From Marsupella aquatica (Eukaryota; Plantae; Marchantiophyta): 64,000 nt of DNA. The notes beneath the pieces are model-generated. The model had not been told where the DNA came from, ran no database searches, and saw only the letters and a list, made by a program, of their open reading frames with translations. The stretch spans positions 25,728,709 through 25,792,708 of the forward strand of contig OZ316894.1 in assembly GCA_973895155.1 (NCBI GenBank). Reading direction: 5' to 3'. This document shows positions 1-10,696 of this stretch, one piece after another. The translations under genes were made by a program, and so were the position numbers. Each line of letters begins with the position of its first letter. The stretch's first letter is position 1.

Positions 1-329
1 TGAAAACCTCCAGGCTGTCAACTTATCTTCTTACAGAGGATCAATTTTCACAGAGTCATTTTTATTGGCCTCCATGTTCGTCCGAAGGAACTGATAATTA
101 GCTCCTCTATCTGATAATCTGACAGTTATATTGCATGGAGCCAGCCCTCAATTCTTCTGCCCTCGGAACTCCCTGGCAAAATGCCAACTTTGATGGACCA
201 CCGGGTCCTGTTACATGTCATCTGGGCGAGGTTGTTCGTCACCCTGCTTCTTGTTCCGTGCAGATGCTTTGCAGGTACACTTTGTTTGAATCGTTTTTCA
301 ATGGTCGGGACTGATGTTAATTCTGTACA

Positions 330-1196
330 TTGACCCGGAGCTGTGTTGGCCGTGGCAACAGTGGGAACCGCGGTGTCACTTGAAAGTGAAAGATCAAACC
401 GTAGTATGCCGGAAGCGCATGATACTGACAAAGGAGATTAATTTGGGCGAGAGAGAGAGTCCAGCAAGCGCTCCAGCATGAAGGGCGCTGAATGCAGCAT
501 CATTCATTCATTTGGTGCGAAAATGGAGATTCCCGAGCCAGTATTTAGGGCTGCGAAGTCAACATCCGTGCCTGTGCTCCGCAACAAGCCGAGGAATGAA
601 TTGTAATCCTTCCCTGCCTCCAAACAGCAGTCACATTAACTGCAGGAACCGGGGCTCGGAATCTCCTCGGGACGATGAGAATGTCGATTTTAGAGAAGCT
701 GGGATCGGCGTCAAAATTGGCAAAATCGACGATGTGGGGAAAGTAGTGTTAGCCCACAAGGTAGCCCGGCCCATAGTTGTAGATGTTCACAAACCCAATT
801 TTGCCGACGGCACCTCTCCATGGAGTTTGGAAATGGTAATGACATCCTTCAGTGATGCTCTCCAACATAGACATGGACGTATTCTTCGAGTCAATTGTAG
901 CGAAGTCGGTAGCCCATTAGCGCGGAACCAACGTTTGGGTTTGCAGCAACAATCGCTGAGAATAGGGGTTCAGAAACAATGAAGACAGAAAAATAGGTGA
1001 TCATGCTATCGAGCTCGCGCATCATTCCTGTAATGACAAACATGCTAGTCATCTCACTGTATCTGGGATAACCTCCGAGCAACTCAGTCACATTCAGATC
1101 TGCATCCGTTGGCGTTGGCAGTAAACTGAGCACCATCACCGTGCCCACCACAACGAGACCTGCTGCTGACAGCCCCATTGCGTGCTGGCCCTTCAT
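330..1196 (-). pseudogene. Fasciclin-like arabinogalactan protein (FLA) pseudogene, two fasciclin domains
   Basis: Signal peptide followed by 'LNVTELLGGYPRYSEM' (ORF 891..1247), then a premature TGA at 891. Downstream in shifting frames: 'VNVTAV..GKDYNSFLGLLRSTG', 'GISIFAPN/DAAF' and 'LLCQYHALPAYY', matching the fasciclin H1 and YH motifs. Frameshifts fall at (GAAT)n ~500-511 and (CT)n ~448-459. No C-terminal GPI signal seen. Confidence 0.8.
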
Positions 1197-2787
1197 GAAC
1201 AAACACCCTTGTCCAATGCTGAGCTCGTAGCAATGCAGAGATCTCACTCACCTAAACTTTATCCCAGCGCAGGCAACATGCTGCTGCTCTCAACAATGCA
1301 AGCTCAACGATAGCAAACTCACCAACAACCTCAAAATCCTTCACAGAGGCAGTCAACACTGGTTCCCCTTATCACCAAATTCGAAGGACACAATCGAGCC
1401 AGCTGAGCGCACCAGCTGAGCTACCGAGTTGAGCTACTGAGCTGCGCTGAGCACACAGAGAAGCTCGTCCGCGTCTGGTTGGAGAAGCACCGGCATGCGA
1501 ATGAGCTGGTCTTCTTTCCTCCTCAACTGAGACTGATGTTGGTGGAGCGCGCGGCGAGATGGATGCGCAAACAGAAGCGTGAACTGAACTGGAGCATGAG
1601 GGGATTGAAAGTTGCATAGATATGAAAGCAGGAGCTCGGGGGGCCGGGGGCGGGGGGCGGGGGGCGGGGGGCAGAGGGCTTTCGCTCGAGGGCCTTGGCA
1701 ACGGCCGGGAAGTGAAGTGTCTCGGTTCCCTGATGAGTGTGATGACTCTGATGCTGAGAAGGGGGCCCGCCGGAAGTCCGTTTCAACTTTCAAGATCTTG
1801 GAGATTGGACCCACCAGTACGACGACTCGAGGTCCGCGAATCGGCTGATACCAGTCGCGCACTTCCTTCCCGCAATGGCAGGATGCCGCCGCATCTGGTC
1901 CTGGCCATGATCCATCCCACGGGGATAGAGAGCTGCCACTGCTCTTGTAACCGCTAATTTGCTGCATTCTTCTCTTCGGCTGCATTTATGAATCTTTCTT
2001 TTACTCTTTCCTGTTGTTTCCTTTATCCATATTCTATTCGGGTGATCTCCCGAGCTCCTGGGTTTCCAAGCCTCGGTCTTACTTCCTTCTGAGGAAACCT
2101 CTGGTAAGCGTTCATCTGACCGCGGCTGCGACCGGAGAACATAGGCGTTCATCTTGTCACTGGTCAGTCTGCGTTCCGTCCTTCGTTACCTTGTCCGTTA
2201 CTGTTCGTTGTCGTCCAGTTTTCTTTTCCCCACGAGACGTTTTCATTCGCCCAGGAGAAACAAGCGAACGCTTTTATTCTTGTTTCTGCGGTTAGGCCCC
2301 TTTACAGTACCTGCGTGTGTGAGTTCTCCCTTCCGGAAGGACGGTGTGTCGTCCAGTTTTGCTCTGTCCCCGGACATGGCGACCGTGAAGATGCCCTCTT
2401 AAAGTTCCCTCTTGCGGAATCTGTCTGTCGGTGTCTAGTACCTCCCTTCGACCGTTCACCCATCCACTCCTACATGCCCTCCTTGCGTGGCGGATTGTGT
2501 CTCTCTTTGCCAGTGACTGGCGCGAGCTTCCGTTCACCCTCTGTTCCGTGGGGAAACGTCTGTAAGTTTGCTCTGTCTCGCTCTTTATCTGTATGCCGTG
2601 GGGTGTTGCGTTCTCGGTAGGGTTGGCTCCGGGTCGGTCTTTACGTTAGGGGTGAACGAATGCTATCGTCGACGACGACACAATTTGCGCCCCCTGAGGA
2701 GCGGTTCGATTGCCGTTGGCTGCCAGGGCGTGTGGCGCGAGAGCAGCAGGGTGACTGATTCGGTCGTCTGGTCATCGGTCGAGAACT

Positions 2788-4528
2788 ATGGCATCGGATA
2801 GATTGTTAAGCAGGAAGGAAAGGAGTGGTGCTTCTTTTTCTTCTTCTCGCATTGCCGCGGCGGTTATTTTGGGAATTACGCTGGGGGCATTGCTGGCGTT
2901 GTGGCACCCTCATGGTCTTTCGGCATCGAATTCTGTCTCCTCTGTCTTGGGTAGGAGTAGCTCTTTGCCCATCGGTACCGGTTTGCGCCGCTCCTCGCTT
3001 CTCAAGGTGATTCGGGTTATCCTCCAGCATGCTCCATGTTTTTTCTCAAGAATTTTATTGATCTCAGCCTCTACTACATGCTTCGAGCTCATTCTCACAT
3101 TATTCCTTGCGAGCTCATTCTCACATTATTCCTTGCTTAAAATTTTCAGTGATCTTATCATCCCCTGCATTCTTCAAAATTTATCGGCGAATTGTTCCTT
3201 GCTGTAGTATTTTAATTATATGGTCTTAATGAAGGTCAGTGCCCTTGTATTTTCGTGGCTTGGAATCTTCAGTGGGAAGTACAGACTTCCCCTGAAGAAG
3301 GATTAGTTTTTGTAAAGAACTAAGTGCTGAACATTCGATGCACATTCCTTGCCACGAGGGTTTTTGGATAAGATACACAGAGCATTCGAGTCTTAGAGAT
3401 TTTATGGAAGTCAGTCGGAAGTTTTGCTGACAAATCTTTATGACTTACAACGCTGTGCAACCGCAGAATGATGACGAGACCAAGGCCCTGAAGAAGGAGA
3501 ACCAGCATTTAAAACTTAAGGAAATTGAGCTGAGGCAATTAGTTCAGGTCCTCCAAGCCGCAACGCAACAAGAAAATGGTGATGATAAGCATCCAGTCAA
3601 GGCGGGACCTGTGGGGACAATGAAAAGTCGTCGCACGAACCCTCTTGTGGAACCGGACGAAACCGTGAATCCTGCCCTCGCGGAGATTTTGAAGTCAGTC
3701 GCCGTAAACGGTGAACTGGTCGTTGGTGTCTCCAATTCAAGAGTGCTGGAGATGTTGAAGCTTTGGTTTGAGGGCCTCAAGCGTTCTGGTGTTACCAATT
3801 TTCTCGTGGTTGCGTTGGACGATGAGACTGCCGCCTTTTGTAAGAAGCATGATGTCCATTCATACAGGCGGGACGCAGCAATCTCTGAATCTCAGATAAA
3901 AACTGGTGACAACCATGCGGTGTCTGGATTGAAATTCCACCTCTTGAGAGATTTTCTCGCTCTAGGATACAGCGTGCTGCTTTCAGATGTCGATGTTGTT
4001 TATCTGCAGAATCCCTTCAATTTTCTTTATAGGGACTGTGATGTTGAGAGTATGACCGATGGCTTCGACAACGTCACCGCCTACGGTTTGGACGATGTGT
4101 CTGACGATCCCACCATGGGGTGGGCGAGATTCGCTCACACGATGAGAATTTGGGTGTTCAATTCAGGACTCTTCTACATTCGCCCCACTGTGGCGTCGAT
4201 AGAGCTCTTGGATCGTGTCACGGCCAGACTATCGCGAGAGGACTCTTGGGATCAAGCGGTTTTTAACGAGGAACTCTTCTATCCATCTCATCCAGGCTAT
4301 GCAGGGCTTCACGCTTCTAAGAGGGTGATGGATTACTATCTGTTCGTGAACAGTAAGGTTCTCTTCAAGACGCTACGAAAGGACGACAGATGGAAAGATC
4401 ACAAGCCTGTGACCATACATGTGAACTACCACCCCGACAAGTTCGATCGAATGCTTGCTATCGTGGACTACTATGTTCTTGGAAACACCAACGCCTTAGA
4501 CAGGTTTCCTGACGGATCTGAGTGGTGA
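2788..4528 (+). CDS. RRA: Extensin beta-arabinosyltransferase, RRA family (GT77); exons 2788..3006 and 3467..4528
   Basis: N-terminal TM anchor, GT-AG phase-0 intron 3007-3466, and the motifs 'NHAVSGLKF', '[14 protein letters not shown]' (DxD), '[20 protein letters not shown]', 'HVNYHPDK' and C-terminal 'FPDGS', typical of RRA1-3. Confidence 0.92.
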
Positions 4529-7020
4529 GCAGTCTGGTGGCCGCCCACTGATAACACATCTCATTTAACAAATCACCATTGATTCGCACTCACAATTTCA
4601 GACACAGATATTCACCAATTGGCTTCAAGTGTTTGAGCATCTCGTCTGTTCTAGATTCTGAAACTGGACTGAGGCTGCAGTTTATCCGATTTTGAAAGGG
4701 GAAGGTTGGGATCCCTCTATTGTAGTTGGGTTTCTCCCGGTAGTATTTTGCACTTGAGAACGCTCAAAACTCGTCCAAACTTGTACAATGACAGCGAGCC
4801 GGTCGCGACACGACAGAAATATATCAAAGCCGAACACAGGATAACAGGGACATATGACCCCGCGGACATCCAAAACGTGGAGACGAAGAGAGAAATCTGC
4901 TGCAAACGTGCGCCATAATGGCGGTTTTGGGTTGGGGTAGCAGAGGGCGGTGAATACTGAACCCTGGAGCTATTGAAAGGAGGATGCCGGCACTCTGATT
5001 TAGAGCATCATTGCAGACTATCGTCGCGCTAGCCGGGTTTTGTTGAAGGAGTTCTATACGTTGTGACACTGCTTCGATCTCCGGTTGGCTGGAGATGCGG
5101 TTATTTCGTACTCCGTATAAGATTCTTAGTTGAGACTGAGCTTGAACATCTTTGCTTCGGCTCGATGATCTTTTTTGTCGGGGTTCTCCTGGTTAGGTTA
5201 CCTTTTTACCTCCTTTTCCGGATGTTTCTGGATTTGGTTGGTTCTGTGGGGTAACGGACTTTTGGTCCGGCCCCTCCCTGATTCTGTACGTTCCATAAAA
5301 GTAAAATGCTCCATTCAAAACACGAGAAAGAAAACAGAATGCGGTTACTGCAATCTTTACAATGTGATCAAAAGGAATCTTTTCGACATGACCTGAAATG
5401 TGTGTGTGATTTTTGTTCCAGGAGAAACTCTTCTGACTGGGAACTTGTGATCAATTCCTAGAGTACGTTTGATGAGATCGATTGCTAATATGCTTGAATT
5501 GTGTCAATTTTGTTTCAGGACACTCAAAAGTGTACTTTCCGGATTCCGCGAGCTCCTGTCAGAACTAATCCCTAAAGAAGACAAACATGCCCGGAGCAGA
5601 ATTTAAAAGTGCCATTCACACAGAACTAGGACTCCCAACTTTGGCACTGCTGTCTGGAAGACAACCAGCCGATTCTCCGATCATTTGCACAAATTTGGGA
5701 TTCCCATTAAACCTGCCAGCCCCCTCACCACCAGAACTTTTGCCGGTAGTGGAGCCCTGAAGACTAATTAATTCTCACCCATTGTAAATTATTGCTACAA
5801 TTGAGCAAACGACCGGATGGGAGGCAGAGTTCAGTCCTTGAACTTGATCCGAAAATTCCCCTAGTCCTTTTGCTCGTTTCCAATTGCCAAGTACATATGT
5901 CTTTAGCAGGTACTGAGTAGGAGCATCAGTTATAGAAAGCTTTGATATTGGAACAACTTGTGTACGTGAACCAAAACAGTGCACTATGGTCAAGCTCACA
6001 AGTCCATCGGACGGTCATACACACGTTACTTCTTGCGTGTGGTGGTGTTGCTGGGGATTCACCTTACTGATATACTGTACAGTGTGACCTTCACTTAGTG
6101 TGATCGGTATAGGCTGACAAGACCTTCATACGCACTTGGGCATCTGCCAGAAGCGCCAGAAGCAGTCACTTCAGATGAGCAATCAATTCAGGCTGCCAAG
6201 GCATTGAGATGGAAACCACTGAACCATGGTACCGTATGGAAATAAATTCAAGGGACCATGAAGCGCGACCGGTACTTCCTCATCCACAGCAAGTTCCCAC
6301 ATTAGGTGATTTTAGGGGATGGTGGCAGCAAAGAGCCCCTCCTCGAAGCAACAATAACAACAAGAGAGATAGGAAACCCACGATGACTGCTGTTGTCATC
6401 GTTACCGCCATCCTGATGGATGCCCAACAGAGTAAATCTCTTTCAAAGCTCCCATGAGCTTCACTTCAGGGTCCAGTGTTTTATACCCGCGCATGGATCA
6501 GTGGAGCCAACCTGTACTCGACACTCCGTCGCAAAGACCATCAGCTATGGAATGAGTGCACTCTGGCGATCAAGCTCGACTGCACTGAAAGTCCTGCAAT
6601 CTGGATGGAGATTCGGTTACAATTTCAGCTCGGATGCCTGGTATGGATTTCTGCTTCCTGTTTTACAATGCACACACCTTCTGCCGGGCAAAGCAAGAAA
6701 GTAGTGATTACAGAGTGACAAATTATACACACTACTATGTAAAAGTTTGGGAGTCACACGGTTAAACCGCCACTGTCCACTGCCAAAACCTGGTTATACC
6801 AGGTTGCTTAATATAGGCAACAACCTAGCTCCGGGCACTCCCGTCTTTTTCTGGCAGGTCACTTTTTGGCCCGGTCAGCTCTACACCTGGCCCAGTGTCT
6901 CTACTCGTTTTACGGAGGGAGTTTCAGAAGCATAGGTGGCCAAGTACTCTCGCTCGTGATGCGCCAGTGTCCACAGCAGAGTTCCCATGCTTTTACTCAC
7001 AGAGTCATACTTTTCCTCCT

Positions 7021-7156
7021 CCCATGCTGCGTGTGAGTCCAAAGCAGAGTCGAACGACCCTTTTCCTCCTGGCGCTCATGCTGCGCGAGTGTTCGCAAGC
7101 CCGAACGATCCATTTCCTCTTGGCTCTCATGCTGCGCCAGTGTTCACAAGCCAATT
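7021..7156. repeat. Degenerate ~57-bp tandem repeat in the left arm of the transposon
   Basis: Recurrent 'cgaacgaccc/tccttttcctc(c/t)tggc(g/t)ctcatgctgcgc'. Confidence 0.7.
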
Positions 7157-7278
7157 AGAGCAATGTCACATCGACCTCATCTTTACAAATTCAGATGATT
7201 GTGGAGTGACCAGATTTTACAAACAGAGCGCGACGCCTTAGAGCAGGAATTTTAGGGTCCCTTGAAGGCATCTCCTGT

Positions 7279-7441
7279 GATCAAGCTCATCTCCTATCAT
7301 CAAGCTCATCTCCATGCTCAACAGTTGGCAGTGGGCGCTATAGTGGGAGTGGGCACTATCGTTACTTCGGCACGATCAAATCAAGCTCATCTCCATGCTC
7401 AACAGTCGGCAGTGGGCACTATCGTTACTTCAGCATGATCA
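7279..7441. repeat. Local tandem duplications inside the transposon
   Basis: 'tcaagctcatctcc' occurs three times and 'ccatgctcaacagt.ggcagtgggc..gcactatcgttacttc' twice. Confidence 0.75.
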
Positions 7442-8332
7442 ATTTTTTATGTTCTATAGTAGCTCTTTCATTGTAATCTGCAGGAATTGACTACCACAAT
7501 AGACACTATCGAAACAATAGGACCATGGCTAATGAGTCAACCAAGTAAGCTCGATCTCCTGTGATTATAACCCCGGAATTGAATGGCTGGACCACCACGA
7601 TATGCAATTACTGGTACTCACAACTAGGCCAACATAGTGTGTAAATTGTCAGAACCTCCCGAGGTAACGAACGTGCCTGTCAGCAACTTTCAGGAATTCT
7701 ACATGAAGCTCTAATTACCATCCACTCTGCAGAATGGCCTACCAACCTACTCCGCCGAAAAATATGCATCCTTACAAAGAGGATTGAAAACAAAATTCTC
7801 CCTTCAACGAACTAGTTTGGCTCATGTTAAGATCTTCAACTCAATCGCCCCCCCGAGCTTGTTATAACAAGACCTTACTTTCGCTACAACGGAAGGGAGG
7901 GCTCGGGTTCAGGCACTTTCATCGCAGATCACACGAGCGACTGCCCAATGGAGCCTTACTAACGACGATGACTTCTTCTTCTTCTCATTATTTCATACAA
8001 GTTCTTCCTAGAGAGGGCGCTCGATGCTACTATTGTACAACTCCTACTCTGGGTCGAATGAGCTCCGACTGGCTGCCGCTTGTAAGCCGATCTGCTGGGG
8101 AAATCATGGAGATGGACGTCTACAATCAGGTCATTGAGGCAACTTTATGCTATGCTTGCCTGTCTCGATAACTGCTTGCAAACGAAGAAGAAGAAGATTT
8201 CTTTAGAGCCGCTGACAAAATCAAGTTTTCCCATTCTGTGAACCCACTTCTTGGGCAACGTCTATCCTCACCGACACTCTTTGCATGGGTCTTTGCATAC
8301 CTGTGGATGAGTGCATCACCCACGCAAATCCA

Positions 8333-8597
8333 AAATGCTATGAATCTTTCGGTGGCCAATCACACTCAATTACAATTGGCCTCCCATCCGGGCGCCCATC
8401 CTCTATCAATTCAAGCAGCATACTAAGAATACATTAGGCCAATGAAGCTCACCTACTTTGCGCTAATCCGAAATGCTATGAATCTTTCGGTGGCCAATCA
8501 CACTCAATTACAATTGGCCTACCATCCGGGCGCCCATCCTCTGTCAATTCAAGCAGCATACTAACAATACATTAGGCCAATGAAGCTACTTTGCGCT
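8333..8597. repeat. ~138-bp near-perfect tandem duplication
   Basis: 'aaatgctatgaatctttcggtggccaatcacactcaattacaattggcct...' at ~8333 and ~8471. Confidence 0.85.
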
Positions 8598-8902
8598 GCT
8601 ATGGCCAGTGACGCTCACAGTAATGCCTTGCCCATGCCTATTGTGCTCACACAGGTTGTGTATATAAAAACTCTATGCTTCCATAATTGGTTCTCGCTCT
8701 TTATGTTTACGACCAAAACTGTGTAGTTGTGCTGCTTCTCACTTTTGGTTTACGACTCTAGTAAGAAGGGTGGGCATGCTTCAAGTACACTTGCAGCCCC
8801 GCTTGCAGCTCATTTTCCTTGGTTGTTCGCTAGCCTAGTTTTTGTGTTTAGGACACTCCAAAGAAGAAGGGCGTGCTTGAACTACTGCGCGCAGCTCATT
8901 TT

Positions 8903-9015
8903 GTTCTTTGATCGGCGGTTCTGCAGTTCGGTTGTTCTCATCCCTTCAGAATACTTTCAGTGTTCTTTGATCGGCGGTTCTGCAGTTTGGTTGTTCTCAT
9001 CCCTTCAGAATACTT
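8903..9015. repeat. ~60-bp tandem duplication upstream of the KolX-like gene
   Basis: 'tgttctttgatcggcggttctgcagtt.ggttgttctcatcccttcagaatactt' occurs twice. Confidence 0.85.
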
Positions 9016-9052
9016 ACCCAAGTTATTGAAGGGGTTATCGATCACCCTTGCA

Positions 9053-9806
9053 ATGAATAATTCCAGGTACATTCAATCACGCATGTCTACAATTTTAATT
9101 TTTTCTTCCAACTGACCGAAGACTTTCAAATATGCATGCATAAAACTTGCTATTACCCTTCATTTTTTTCTTGGTCAATCATGTTTACATTTCCGTGTGT
9201 TGGCACCTTGCATGCATATACTTTGTCTACCTTGCAAACTATGTGAATTTATTTACAATTAACTTTCTTTCATGCACACATAATACTTGCTTGTTGTTGC
9301 TCAATTGGCTGTACAATATAACCTCCATCAAACATAAATTACTTGCATTAGTGTTCTAGGGATAACAAGTGTATGTGTTGAATTTCCTACATATGTTTTG
9401 TAGGAGCGCCGAGCATCATAACAGACCGGCGGAGCTGATCTCCTATGGAGATCACATATATCACTTATCATGGCCTGTTCCTCGACCTGGACGTCGCAAA
9501 TTCCGACTTTTGAGACATGCTGACATAGTTGCTAGGTTCCCGGCTTTTTGCACGGCGATAGACGACAACCTTGAGGACCTCAACTCTGCCCAGGTTCTTT
9601 CCCCTGCGACAGCTGAAGCTTTTCATATGTGTGCTGCATGGGCATACACTGAAACAGTTCCTCGTCGACAGAGGTATATTGTGTATCGCAAACTAGCATA
9701 TATTGCTAGCTTTGCTGACAGAACACCCTTCCCAGCAGCAGTCACAGCTGTAGTGCAATCCACTTGGGAACTACCGGGCGAAGAACATGTGGGTTTCCGA
9801 TTTTAG
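9053..9806 (+). CDS. KolX-like accessory protein (P2X7 cytoplasmic-ballast-like C-terminus); exons 9053..9066 and 9404..9806
   Basis: ATG AAT AAT TCC AG|GT...TAG|G gives a phase-compatible intron. The C-terminus 'RRQRYIVYRKLAY..DRTPFPAAVTAVVQSTWELPGEEHVGF' resembles the KolX/P2X7 pattern RxxAYR..RxxLPxCVxxxIRxxFP..xYxGF. The gene is convergent with the transposase. Confidence 0.68.
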
Positions 9807-10696
9807 GTTTCTAACTTGTGTTTTTTTCTTTTCACCACTTGAGTTTTTTTCATGGGTTCTTTGTTTCACTAGTGTTTTTCATGTTTGTTTCACATGTGCC
9901 ATCTTTCCTTTCCCAGTCGCAAGTGTCAATAACCTGGGAGCTGCTAAGCAAATACCATGTTGGTGTATGCCTTTAGTGCTCTAAGGCTTTGTAGCTATGC
10001 CTTTCCATCTATGTTACTTAAATACTTATTGTTTTCTTTGTTCTACTATACTATTTTTTTCTTTGTTTGGCATGTGCCTCCTTTTTTCTCCCAATTGCAC
10101 CGCAAAATCCTTGGGAAATGTGAGGCAAATACCATCCTGGTTTCTACATTTGGTTTTTTTAGGTTCTGATTTTTAATGTATCTATATTTGTTTATTCCTA
10201 GTATTATCATTGTATGGGTTCTTTGTGCTACTTTTTTGTGTTTTTTTGGCTTGTGCCTCCTTCCCCCTCCTTTGGGTTGGAACTCCTACTGGATGGCAGC
10301 ACGAGGGGTTCAATTCCCCTTTGGAGTATTGTTAAATTTTGAAAAACATTTGCAATGTATCCACTAAGTTTTTTTGCAATGCAATGCCATGCTGCATGTT
10401 ACAGGATGTATCATAGGCATGGCCAGTAAGGGACACTTGGTCCACGACTGGCCATTTCCAAAGTTGTAATACGGCGACATAACTCACAATTTTTGTTCAT
10501 GGTGCTAAGCCCTAACTTTCACATCCTACAAATTATATATATTCTATTACAAAAACAAAAATAGATGGCAAGGTGATCTATGGGACTAAAAAGATGATAA
10601 ATGAATATAGTAATTTAACTTACAACTTACATATGCCATACATGTCAAATGCAAGACAACGGTGGAACTTTTCAGCCAAAATAAATGTATAAAATA

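Noticed and set aside
6209-6718. Overlapping short ORFs left of the transposon
   Set aside because: No recognisable domain or splice structure.
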